Positions 1 through 9,109 of a stretch of DNA of 64,000 bases are shown here, piece after piece. The notes under the pieces were generated by a model, which was given only the letters and a program-made list of their open reading frames with translations, searched no databases and was not told the origin of the DNA. The position numbers and the translations under genes were made by a program. Numbering within the stretch: the first letter of the stretch is position 1; each line of letters starts with the position of its first letter. This stretch comes from a bacterium (GTDB lineage Bacteria > Patescibacteriota > Microgenomatia > Levybacterales > UBA12049): assembly GCA_021777565.1 (NCBI GenBank), contig JAJYDJ010000002.1, positions 69,082 through 133,081 of the forward strand, given 5' to 3'.

Positions 1-1079
1 CAAATCCAGCTCTTAATCCAATTAATATAGAAGGTAATGCCCAAAATAATAGCAATGTTGTCTCTGGGAGTAATACTGATATCCCAACCATCCTTACTGG
101 ACAACCAAATCATATATTTAATTACTATATTACGAATGCATATATTGGTCCCCTTGAAAACTTGCTTGGATTAACTCCTCTCACAGATTCTCCGTCAATA
201 ATTGGCTATAACTTACTAAATGGCCTCCTTCCAGGTGTTGGCACGCTTTTTGGGACACTTCAAGCAATTTCCCATGGATTGAGTCCTATTGAAGGACTTT
301 TTTATATGATTTCTGCAGATATGGCAGCTCCAGGAGCTACTTTTATGGGTGATCTTGCATCTCGAATAGAAGTAGGAGGTACTAACTTGTGGGCACCAGT
401 ACTTGGGGTAGGGGCGAGTACAGCAGCCTATGCGATTCTTGTCCCTATAATTATGGGGCTTATTAGCCTAAACATAGCAACCATCTTTCAGGTTATTCTT
501 ATCGTTTCTGTATTTATAGGTGTAATTATGCTTCTCATCATGCTCATTAAGGCTTTCATGTCTATCATTTTTTCTACTGTCCTTGCGCCTCTTGCTATTG
601 TTCTTGGTATTTTCCCTGGATCTGGAGAAGGATTTGGACATTGGGCTAAAGGTCTTATTGCAGACTTTCTACTCTTTCCAGCAGTACTTGGATTATTTCA
701 TCTTGGTTATGACATTGCAAGTGTGATCAATACGGATACCACAGGCTTCTTTACTCCGCTCTTCATTCCTTCTAGCCTTCTTAAGGCTACAACCGACCAT
801 GGCTATGGCCAACTAAACTTTGCTCATAGTGGGACAATTAATGGGCTTTCTTTAATTGTAATTTACTTTACAATTTTTGCTGCAGCTTCATTGAGAGATG
901 TTCTTAGGAAGAGTCTCGGAGTTGCTGATAATCCACTAGTTACTGCAGCCATGGGAATAGCTTTGGGTGGGAGTAAACAGGTACAAAGTCGTTTAGGTCT
1001 AAAAATGAGTAAAATACCGGAGCTTAAAAACACAGCTCAGTTCAAAAGTGCAATGCTAGGAAAGATTGGCGGCCCCTAA
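1..1079 (+). CDS. Polytopic membrane protein, VirB6/TrbL-like (T4SS inner-membrane channel component); 5' partial because the reading frame is open to the window edge
   Basis: Frame 3 has no stop from nt 3 to the listed ORF at 162. The protein has more than five hydrophobic helices. It sits immediately upstream of the pilin-like genes and VirB4. The family assignment rests on topology and context only. Confidence 0.4.
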   Translation, partial: NPALNPINIEGNAQNNSNVVSGSNTDIPTILTGQPNHIFNYYITNAYIGPLENLLGLTPLTDSPSIIGYNLLNGLLPGVGTLFGTLQAISHGLSPIEGLFYMISADMAAPGATFMGDLASRIEVGGTNLWAPVLGVGASTAAYAILVPIIMGLISLNIATIFQVILIVSVFIGVIMLLIMLIKAFMSIIFSTVLAPLAIVLGIFPGSGEGFGHWAKGLIADFLLFPAVLGLFHLGYDIASVINTDTTGFFTPLFIPSSLLKATTDHGYGQLNFAHSGTINGLSLIVIYFTIFAAASLRDVLRKSLGVADNPLVTAAMGIALGGSKQVQSRLGLKMSKIPELKNTAQFKSAMLGKIGGP

Positions 1080-1084
1080 CGATA

Positions 1085-2959
1085 ATGAAAAAATATATTT
1101 TTACATCGCTTTTATTTTTAGTATTGTCCTATCTTATATATCTCCCTGAGAACGCTTTTGCTCGCATAAATGCAATCTGTACTACAGATTTTGGGAAAGC
1201 TGATGACCATAGTCTTATGCTCGTAAATTCCTCTTTACCAACTCAAACCCAACCGACACCAACACCAGTTTGTTATTCTCCGCCGGTTTTGAATTACCCA
1301 ACATGCGCCCCAAGCCCAACCTCAATAGCAACTCAACCAACTATTACACCAGCTTCACCAACAACCATTGATCCCATTTTTTTCTCCTATGCAATTACGA
1401 ATCAACTTGATTTTGTTGACAGTCCCAAAAATAATTTATATATAACTAGTAACTATGTCGGACCACAATCACCGACAGGGACTCTCTCTGTACCAGTACC
1501 ATTTCAAAAATACAACGCAGATCTTGGGTTTTATTATAGTTTTATTCCAGGCACAATCCATTTCAGTGATGCCGGGGGAACAACAGGTGCTACAAATGGC
1601 GACTATCATGGGACAAGAACCGATGGGTCCCCATATAGTAGCCAGTGTGAATCGTCAGCTGACCCAGCAATTAACCAAATGTGTGTAAGTAGCACTGATA
1701 TTGACACTCCTGGAGTACACTATCAATCTCTCCCCGACAATCAAAATTCTGCTTGCTATAGCTATTGTGAATGTGGATATCAAATAGGAGATATCACTGT
1801 GACCACGCAAAATGTTGCAAGTGGGACACAGACATTAATTGATTATAGTAAATTACGATTTGCACCAACCGCAGGAGGAGAATTATCTGCCCCACAAATT
1901 AATGTCACCTATCAATCACAAAATTGTGATGTGGGATTTAAAAATTGTAAGCCCGATACCACAATTAGCCCTCAGGTAGTATCTATACCAGGAAAGGTTG
2001 GATACTTCTGTGGAATTGCACATAATACTTATTATGTACTGCAAAGTGCTATCCCACAAATATCATCATCTATTTCTAATACAACACAGTCCTTTGACTC
2101 CCTTTTCCCCGTGCCAGCGGGTAATCAAGTTGAAATAGGATCAACGAAAGAGTCATACTATGGCAGAGAGTTCGGACATGGAATTGACATCGAAAGTAAT
2201 CCTAGTGCAAGTGGTATAACCAATCTCCCCCAAGGGCTAACCAATTCGGATATCCCAACTGTGTGCATGAATCTTGACTATAAAAACAGTGGTCCAAATG
2301 CACAAAATGGAGGAGATCAAGGCATTATTAAATTTGTTCCTGTATTTGGAGCCAACGACTGCAAGCAAATTGGGGCATTAAATTCGTATAGCTGTTGGTT
2401 TGATGGATACGCTACGGTGAATACTTGCCCTCCGGGTACAAGTTATAATAGTAAGGCCAACTGGGGATGGCCATGTTCACAAAACAATAGTACTGATCCT
2501 AAATATCAAGCAGTAACTAGTCCAATACCAAATAGTTTACTTGTCAATCATACTGCTGCTGGTATTAAGTACAGTACCCCCCCTCTCATTTATCCCAGTG
2601 ATGCTATACCAAATATCAATTTATTGACCAATACCTCATTTACTAATATCGAAACAAAAGCTCAATCGTGTGATGCTACGGGCTGTGATACAGCAATAGG
2701 CAGAATCCCTACCGATCCAAAACTTTTTACTGGAAGTATCATGCAATATATTCTGGGATTTAGTGGTATAACTGCACTTATTCTTATTATTCTTGGCGGA
2801 TATGAGTTAATAACATCTCAAGGAGATGAAACAAAAGTGAAAGCAGCTCGAGAGAGAATAACATCTGCTATTATTGGACTTCTCTTTATAATTTTTTCAG
2901 CAACATTCTTACAAATTCTTGGCATAGACATCTTGAACTTGCCTGGATTAGGGAAATAA
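1085..2959 (+). CDS. Secreted Cys/Thr/Asn-rich extracellular protein (about 560 aa) fused to a C-terminal VirB2/TrbC-like pilin hairpin domain
   Basis: N-terminal signal peptide MKKYIFTSLLFLVLSYLIYLPENAFA. Many Cys residues sit in the exported part. The C-terminus ILGFSGITALILIILGGYELITSQGDETKVKAARERITSAIIGLLFIIFSATFL has the same two-helix W/L-I-T-S-Q-G-D-x-K motif as the three downstream small proteins. Confidence 0.5.
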   Translation: MKKYIFTSLLFLVLSYLIYLPENAFARINAICTTDFGKADDHSLMLVNSSLPTQTQPTPTPVCYSPPVLNYPTCAPSPTSIATQPTITPASPTTIDPIFFSYAITNQLDFVDSPKNNLYITSNYVGPQSPTGTLSVPVPFQKYNADLGFYYSFIPGTIHFSDAGGTTGATNGDYHGTRTDGSPYSSQCESSADPAINQMCVSSTDIDTPGVHYQSLPDNQNSACYSYCECGYQIGDITVTTQNVASGTQTLIDYSKLRFAPTAGGELSAPQINVTYQSQNCDVGFKNCKPDTTISPQVVSIPGKVGYFCGIAHNTYYVLQSAIPQISSSISNTTQSFDSLFPVPAGNQVEIGSTKESYYGREFGHGIDIESNPSASGITNLPQGLTNSDIPTVCMNLDYKNSGPNAQNGGDQGIIKFVPVFGANDCKQIGALNSYSCWFDGYATVNTCPPGTSYNSKANWGWPCSQNNSTDPKYQAVTSPIPNSLLVNHTAAGIKYSTPPLIYPSDAIPNINLLTNTSFTNIETKAQSCDATGCDTAIGRIPTDPKLFTGSIMQYILGFSGITALILIILGGYELITSQGDETKVKAARERITSAIIGLLFIIFSATFLQILGIDILNLPGLGK

Positions 2960-2960
2960 T

Positions 2961-3290
2961 ATGAACAATATTGCCTTATCAATTAACGGTGTTCAATATA
3001 ACCTCCCTGGACCAATTGAAAATCTCAACAATGCAGCAGGAAGCCTTGGTGTAAATATTATAAATACTACTATTAACCTTCTTTTCATAATTGCAGTTAT
3101 TATTGCCTTGTTTTATTTAGTTTCTGGGGGAGTTAAGTGGATAATCTCTGGGGGTGATCAAAAAAAAATAGAAGGAGCACGTAATACCATTACATATTCT
3201 GTAATTGGACTTGTACTTGTCTTCATTTCATTTATTATTATGAATTTCCTGTCTAATTTCTTTGGTATTCCTCTTCTTGGGAATTCATAG
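2961..3290 (+). CDS. T4SS pilin-like protein (VirB2/TrbC-like two-helix hairpin)
   Basis: The motif LFYLVSGGVKWIISGGDQKKIEGARNTITYSVIGLVLVFISFIIM is shared with the three neighbouring paralogues. The start codon is 2 nt after the upstream stop. Confidence 0.5.
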   Translation: MNNIALSINGVQYNLPGPIENLNNAAGSLGVNIINTTINLLFIIAVIIALFYLVSGGVKWIISGGDQKKIEGARNTITYSVIGLVLVFISFIIMNFLSNFFGIPLLGNS

Positions 3291-3528
3291 ATCTGCCAAT
3301 GTGCTCAGTATAGGACAAACGGATTAAGTAAAAAATAAATTCTGAAAGAGATGGAAATGCATCTTCTCTGGAGACCATGACATGATATAAACTTTTTCAC
3401 CAGATCAGACAACAAAACAAAGATTGGGTTCATAGAATATACTCATTTTCACAATTAACTACGGCTGATACTACCAACCAGCTTGCCTATTGACAAAATG
3501 TAAAAACTTACCTAGGCTTAATATAGTT

Positions 3529-3933
3529 ATGAAAAAAATAATCGTCTTTGCGAGTAGTCTCGGAGCAGTACTGTCTTTGGCAACCCCAGCATTTGCTACA
3601 GGTGGACTTGGAAGCATTTGCCCTCAAGGTGCATTTGGTAACCTTTGTGGTAATTCACAAAATGCCTTTGGTAGTACTATTAGTTCATTTTTGACTCTTA
3701 TTTTTGTTGTTTCCGCTATCATTGCATTGGTCTTCTTGGTTTTGGGTGGTATCCGTTGGATTACCTCACAAGGAGATGCAAAAAATGTCGGTTCAGCAAG
3801 AGATCAAATTATCAATTCTTTAATTGGTTTAGGAGTTGTATTTATCTCATACATTTTGATTAACGTTATTCTCTACTTCTTTACTGGCGGAAGTCTTAGT
3901 CAAGTCAATATACCAACATTTAACGCTCAATAA
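3529..3933 (+). CDS. T4SS pilin-like protein with a cleavable signal peptide
   Basis: The internal start MKKIIVFASSLGAVLSLATPAFA is signal-peptide-like. The motif LVLGGIRWITSQGDAKNVGSARDQIINSLIGLGVVFISYIL follows. The ORF-track start at 3490 is probably an N-terminal over-extension. Confidence 0.5.
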   Translation: MKKIIVFASSLGAVLSLATPAFATGGLGSICPQGAFGNLCGNSQNAFGSTISSFLTLIFVVSAIIALVFLVLGGIRWITSQGDAKNVGSARDQIINSLIGLGVVFISYILINVILYFFTGGSLSQVNIPTFNAQ

Positions 3934-3939
3934 TCCTCT

Positions 3940-4281
3940 ATGTTTAACTGGGGAACATGCATGCAAGACCCAATCACAGGTGCTACTAATCTGGGTTACT
4001 TGACGTTTAACTGCCTTCCAAATTTTTTTCAAGGGGTCATCCAGACAGCACTCTCATTCGTAGGGATCACTTGTGCTATTTTTATTATTATTGCGGGATT
4101 TAAACTCGTATCCTCACAAGGTGATGCAAAAAAAATTGCAGAAGGGAGAAACACTCTCACATTCGCACTTATTGGACTTGTAGTGGTTATCCTTTCCTTC
4201 ACTATTATTCACTTCTTCTCATACGTTACTGGTTTAGGATGTTTGATGAATCTTAACTTTGGAACTGGTTGTACACAATAG
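3940..4281 (+). CDS. T4SS pilin-like protein
   Basis: The motif IIAGFKLVSSQGDAKKIAEGRNTLTFALIGLVVVILSFTIIH is a paralogue of the three upstream pilin-like domains. Confidence 0.5.
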   Translation: MFNWGTCMQDPITGATNLGYLTFNCLPNFFQGVIQTALSFVGITCAIFIIIAGFKLVSSQGDAKKIAEGRNTLTFALIGLVVVILSFTIIHFFSYVTGLGCLMNLNFGTGCTQ

Positions 4282-4323
4282 GTCTTCTTGCACCAGTTAA
4301 CTCGTCCATAGTAGAGTATATAT

Positions 4324-5688
4324 ATGGACCAAGATATGCGCCATCCCATCCCTCAGGACATTACTGGATTTAAATTTAGATTAGTTGGAGATATTACGCT
4401 GAAACAATTTACTTATCTCGCCATCGGCGGAGGTGCAGCGTGGTTTATCTATTCCCTCCCAGTCTGGGGCGTAGTGAAATATCCAATAGTCGGCATATTT
4501 ACTATTGGAGCTCTCATTCTTACCTTCCTGCCGATCCAAGGCCGTCCTGCAGACGCCATGATTATGTTGTTTTTTAAAACTGTTTTTCGCAATAATCAAT
4601 ATACTAAGCGTCCTAAGAGACCAGCACCTGCTATGACACCAAATCAACCTACCAGTACACCACCAACGCCGGCACCTGCTGCTGCCGAAGCTCAAACACC
4701 ACCCGATATGCTGGCTATACCAGTAATTGATGAATCAGCACTGCACAATGAAGCTGCGTCACAACCGACCTTTCCTGAGCAACCTACCACACCATCTAAG
4801 ACAACCCCTCAGATCGCACCTGAATCACCTATTACGACAGAGCAAACACCTGAAACTCCATCAACAAAGATAGCCATACCTTCACAGCCAGCCATGCCAG
4901 AGACACCTGTTACAACAAGCATGACAGAGCAACCATCAACAGAAGCGCCAACAGCTCCAACCCAACCTGAGACAACGGCCGAAGAGATGACTCAGCCGTC
5001 AGAGATACCTCAATCAGCACCAACAGGTACTCCTACCCCATCGTTTGAAGTGACAGAGATTCATGCACGGCCTCATGATGATAAAGAAGATCTTCTCAAG
5101 CGTATTCAGGAGCTTGAGGCACAACTAAAGGCTCAAGCACAAGAACAACAACCTACTGTGCAAGAGGCAGCGATGCAAGAAACTACTACACAAACAGCTC
5201 CTGAAACGACAGTGCAAGCACTTGATCAACTTCAAACACAGCCTGTTCAGGCACTTGTTGATGCTACGCGAGTAGAGACATCGGAACCTATGAACCCCAC
5301 ACCCGTGGCTGAGCCTGTTACGACACAACCGACGGTTCTAACACCAACACCAACGACGCCTGCGTTGCAATCTAGTGATGTACCAAATATGGTGATTGGC
5401 CAGATTATTGACCCACGTGGATTGCCACTTGCAAATATCTTAGTTGAGATCGTTGATACACAGAAAAACCCGGTGAGAGCTTTTAAGTCAGCACAGAATG
5501 GTCAATTTGCCACAGCGACCCCACTGACAGCAGGCTCTTATCTGCTGATGTGTGAAGATCCCGAAGGAAAGCAGAAATTTCAACCAATGCCTCTTTTGGT
5601 TAATGATACTATCCTCTCCCCTCTCACTATTCAGTCTACCGATGAGCGCGAAGAATTACGAAAAGCACTCTTTACACCCAGTGTATGA
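4324..5688 (+). CDS. PrgI/VirB3-like membrane protein with a roughly 230-aa Pro/Thr/Glu-rich linker and a C-terminal transthyretin/carboxypeptidase-regulatory-like beta-sandwich domain
   Basis: The N-terminus FKFRLVGDITLKQFTYLAIGGGAAWFIYSLP followed by two TM helices resembles the PrgI family and lies directly upstream of VirB4. A low-complexity PT-rich tract follows. The C-terminal VIGQIIDPRGLPLANILVEIVDT...GSYLLMCEDPEGKQ has a CarbopepD_reg-like pattern. Confidence 0.5.
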   Translation: MDQDMRHPIPQDITGFKFRLVGDITLKQFTYLAIGGGAAWFIYSLPVWGVVKYPIVGIFTIGALILTFLPIQGRPADAMIMLFFKTVFRNNQYTKRPKRPAPAMTPNQPTSTPPTPAPAAAEAQTPPDMLAIPVIDESALHNEAASQPTFPEQPTTPSKTTPQIAPESPITTEQTPETPSTKIAIPSQPAMPETPVTTSMTEQPSTEAPTAPTQPETTAEEMTQPSEIPQSAPTGTPTPSFEVTEIHARPHDDKEDLLKRIQELEAQLKAQAQEQQPTVQEAAMQETTTQTAPETTVQALDQLQTQPVQALVDATRVETSEPMNPTPVAEPVTTQPTVLTPTPTTPALQSSDVPNMVIGQIIDPRGLPLANILVEIVDTQKNPVRAFKSAQNGQFATATPLTAGSYLLMCEDPEGKQKFQPMPLLVNDTILSPLTIQSTDEREELRKALFTPSV

Positions 5689-6245
5689 GCCAAATTGTTT
5701 CAACACAAGATTTTACAGAGATAGCGGACATCCAAGGTGATATTGTTGTTATGACCAATGGTGGTGCCTGTATTATTGTGGAAATTTTCTCCACCAACTT
5801 CGCCCTTCTCTCTCAAGATGAACAGATGAGTAAAATCGTTGGCTTTAGTTCTTTTCTTAACTCCATCACGTTCCCGTTACAAATTCTGGTCATCAATAAG
5901 CGTGTTGATATTAGTAACTACATCGCAGTGCTAAAAAGCGAAGAAACACACGCACAAAACCCCGAGGCCAATGCGTACATCAGTGCCTATACCAACTTTG
6001 TACAAAATTTAGTGAAAGATAATATCGTCCTAGATAAACGTTTTTTTGCAGTGATTTCTTATTCTCCGCTTGAATCGGGTGTTATTGGACTTGTCGATCC
6101 AAAAGATATTGTTGAAAAAGCAAAGGCAAGTCTGCAATCCAAAGCACAGTCGGTGCAGAGCCTTCTTACTCGAATGAATTTTCAGTCAAAAATCCTAGCT
6201 GATGATGCATTGAAAGGAGTGTATCTATCACTTTACATACAATAA
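5685..6245 (+). CDS. VirB4 N-terminal domain fragment (split VirB4, part 1)
   Basis: MSQIVSTQDFTEIADIQGDIVVMTNGGACIIVEI...LSQDEQ resembles the start of VirB4/TrbE/CagE. The ORF stops 1 nt before the next ATG. Confidence 0.5.
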   Translation: MSQIVSTQDFTEIADIQGDIVVMTNGGACIIVEIFSTNFALLSQDEQMSKIVGFSSFLNSITFPLQILVINKRVDISNYIAVLKSEETHAQNPEANAYISAYTNFVQNLVKDNIVLDKRFFAVISYSPLESGVIGLVDPKDIVEKAKASLQSKAQSVQSLLTRMNFQSKILADDALKGVYLSLYIQ

Positions 6246-6246
6246 T

Positions 6247-8028
6247 ATGGCAAGCATAGCACCAAAGAAATATACCAAAGAGGAAGTAGTAATCAAAAGA
6301 GTCAATGCTGAGTTGCAAGATAGCATTGCGCCACAGACTATTGAGACAGATTTCTCATACGTAAAAGTAAACGATAAATTCTATCGAACTTTTTTCGTAA
6401 ACGGTTACCCTCGTTATGTCTCAACAAACTGGCTCCAGCCTTTGATTGATTTTAACCACGAGTTAAATATTAGTTTTTTCATTTATCCCTCAGAGTCAGC
6501 TGAAGTGCTTGATAACATCCAGAGAAAGATTGCAGAACTGGAAGCGACACTCTCTTCCAACGCTGATACAGGGAAACCGGTTGATCCTAAAATTACTGCG
6601 ACACTAGAAGACGCGCTTAATATTCAAGAAGAGCTTGCAAAAGGAATAGAAAAATTCTTTCATCTTGGTTTGTATATGACTCTCGTTGGATCAACGCTTG
6701 CTGAGCTCAATACAACTTCAAAACAGTTAACCACAACCCTTGGCTCACTCCTTCTGGCGACACAGCCTGCAACACTACAGATGGAAGATGGCTTTAAAAC
6801 AACTCTTCCTTATGGACTAGATCGCGTACAACAAACAAGAAATATGGATACGACATCTCTGTCGTCCATGTTCCCTTTCTCAAGTGCCACTCTGACGCAA
6901 AATAAGGGGGTTCTATACGGTATTAATGAACAGAACGCCTCACTAGTCGTCTTTGATAGATTCTCCATGGAAAACGCCAATGAAATCGTTTTCGGGAAGT
7001 CTGGTTCTGGGAAGTCTTACCTTATTAAATTAGAAATTTTAAGAACCTTCATGTTTGGGACAGAAGTGATTGTCATCGATCCTGAAAATGAATATGAGCT
7101 GGTGGCCAAGGCGCTGGGAGGAGAATATGTTGCATTCTCTGCTGAGTCTGCTGTGCGCATTAATCCATTTGATCTTTCTGGGATGCATGATGATAGTACC
7201 AATGAACTTGGAGAAAAAATATTATCACTCCACGCTTTACTAAAGATAGCTATGGGAGAGATCTCACCAGTTATGGATGCCATTTTAGATCGTGCTCTTA
7301 TCCAGACCTACGAACAAAAAGGCATTACGCAGGACCCAACAACTCAAAGTAAAACACCACCTATCATGCAGGATTTGTATGACACACTCAATACAATGAA
7401 AGAGACAGAAGCAAAAGAGCTCGCACTGAGACTAGAGAGATTCATTCGTGGGAGTCTTGCTGGATTTTTCAATCAACAATCTAATTTCAATATCACCAAT
7501 CCTCTTACGGTCTTTTCAATTCGTGATGTAGAAGATGAACTCAGACCACTCGTTATGCATATAATCCTTGACTTTATTTGGACTAAAGTTCGAAAAACCC
7601 TCAAAAAGCGTCTTTTGATCGTTGATGAAGCCTGGCTTCTGATGCGCTACGAAGATAGTGCATCTTTTATCTTTGGTATTGCAAAACGAGGACGTAAATA
7701 CTATCTCGGCTTGACTACGGCTACCCAAGATGTGGCTGACTTTTTGAGTACGCAATATGGGAAAGCTATTCTTTCCAACGCTTCTATTCAGATTCTTCTC
7801 AAACAGAGTACAACTGAAATTGATGAAGTTGCCAATATTTTTTATCTTTCACAAAACGAGAGACAATTACTCATGTCAGCTGAGGTTGGAGAAGGACTTT
7901 TCTTTGCTGGGCAGAATCATGTCGCAATACGTGTCGTTGCAGCAAGCTTTGAACATCAAATTATTACCTCAAAACCAGAAGACGTATTGAAAGCAAAAGC
8001 GCTGCTTACTACACCCGAACAGGCATAA
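6247..8028 (+). CDS. virB4: Type IV secretion ATPase VirB4 (TrbE/CagE family), C-terminal two-thirds
   Basis: Walker A GKSGSGKS, IDPENEY, Walker B LLIVDEAW and RKYYLGLTTATQDVAD are characteristic VirB4 motifs. Confidence 0.8.
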   Translation: MASIAPKKYTKEEVVIKRVNAELQDSIAPQTIETDFSYVKVNDKFYRTFFVNGYPRYVSTNWLQPLIDFNHELNISFFIYPSESAEVLDNIQRKIAELEATLSSNADTGKPVDPKITATLEDALNIQEELAKGIEKFFHLGLYMTLVGSTLAELNTTSKQLTTTLGSLLLATQPATLQMEDGFKTTLPYGLDRVQQTRNMDTTSLSSMFPFSSATLTQNKGVLYGINEQNASLVVFDRFSMENANEIVFGKSGSGKSYLIKLEILRTFMFGTEVIVIDPENEYELVAKALGGEYVAFSAESAVRINPFDLSGMHDDSTNELGEKILSLHALLKIAMGEISPVMDAILDRALIQTYEQKGITQDPTTQSKTPPIMQDLYDTLNTMKETEAKELALRLERFIRGSLAGFFNQQSNFNITNPLTVFSIRDVEDELRPLVMHIILDFIWTKVRKTLKKRLLIVDEAWLLMRYEDSASFIFGIAKRGRKYYLGLTTATQDVADFLSTQYGKAILSNASIQILLKQSTTEIDEVANIFYLSQNERQLLMSAEVGEGLFFAGQNHVAIRVVAASFEHQIITSKPEDVLKAKALLTTPEQA

Positions 8029-9109
8029 TAAGATGAAGGAATGATTCATCGTTGGTATTTTTCAACACGGCAGGACTTAACGGTGCGGTCATCTCAAATA
8101 CAACCTCGTCAGTCGAAATTGCATTTACCCCATCTAGTAAAAATCGTGGATTAAACGCTATCGCATTCTCCTCACCCTTGAGTGTCCCTTCAATAGTCAC
8201 CGTACTCTCCCCTACTGATGCTGTCTGGGCAAACATGCGCATCTGGTCTTTATGTAACTCACAGACCAAAACACTGGTGCTGTCCCGTGCAACCACAGAA
8301 CAAATCTTAACAGCTCGAAGCAAATCATCTTTTTTCACGATTATTTTGCTCGAGGCTTCATGGGGAATAATTTTACTATAGCTTGGGAACTCTCCCTCGA
8401 TTTTTCTTCCCGCGATACGTACTCCGTCCTGAACAGCCACAATTTGATTTACCTGGTCTGATAAATAGAATTGAATTGGCATATCTTCTCGCAGTGCCCC
8501 AAGTTCTTTTAAGAATCGCGATGAGAACACAATCCCTTTCTGCTCTTCTCCAGCCTCTTCACGTGGGATACTTACTAAAGAAAGTCTAAATCCATCAGTT
8601 GCGACAAAACGGATTTCATTTTCTTTCCTTTCACACAAAACCCCTGACCAGATCGGCTTAGTTACCTCACTACTGGTAGCAAACAACGTATATTTTGTGA
8701 TTTTCTCCATGTCTTTTGGTTGAAGGGTCAAAAATGCTACTTTAGTTTCCTCAAAAATATCAGGGAATTCATCGGCGGGCTGAACTTGTAATTTACTACT
8801 AATGCTCTCCCCTACTATCTGAATTGTGTTTTGTGCAGATGTTTTAAGGGTAATCTTTCCTTCAGGTACTTGTGATAATAGTTCGAGAAATGTTTTTGCT
8901 GGAACCGCTACTTCCCCTTCTTCATCTACTACACACTGAAACGTTGTTTCTATACTGAGTTCCAAATCTGTTGCAGTAAGAGTAACACTGTCTCCTTTGG
9001 CACGTACAAGAATTGACGACAATATAGGAAGTTGAGTGCGTGTCGAGATACTATGTGCAGTAAGCGCTAAATGTTTTTGTAAAATTCCAGATAAAACAGT
9101 GAACACCAT
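8009..9109 (-). CDS. dnaN: DNA polymerase III beta sliding clamp
   Basis: The length and sequence (LHLIMPVRV at the C-terminus, three-domain clamp pattern) fit DnaN. It lies downstream of dnaA. It overlaps the virB4 3' end by 20 nt in convergent orientation. Confidence 0.9.
   Translation of the reverse strand: MVFTVLSGILQKHLALTAHSISTRTQLPILSSILVRAKGDSVTLTATDLELSIETTFQCVVDEEGEVAVPAKTFLELLSQVPEGKITLKTSAQNTIQIVGESISSKLQVQPADEFPDIFEETKVAFLTLQPKDMEKITKYTLFATSSEVTKPIWSGVLCERKENEIRFVATDGFRLSLVSIPREEAGEEQKGIVFSSRFLKELGALREDMPIQFYLSDQVNQIVAVQDGVRIAGRKIEGEFPSYSKIIPHEASSKIIVKKDDLLRAVKICSVVARDSTSVLVCELHKDQMRMFAQTASVGESTVTIEGTLKGEENAIAFNPRFLLDGVNAISTDEVVFEMTAPLSPAVLKNTNDESFLHLIMPVRV

Noticed and set aside
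1455-1688. A 77-aa ORF in an alternative frame inside the large secreted-protein gene
   Set aside because: It is fully embedded in a longer ORF that has strong signal-peptide and domain logic. It has no independent features.
3291-3528. A possible promoter (TTGACA ... TATAGT) upstream of the signal-peptide pilin gene
   Set aside because: The spacing between the candidate -35 and -10 hexamers is poor (about 23 nt or immediately adjacent to the ATG). I could not support a confident call.
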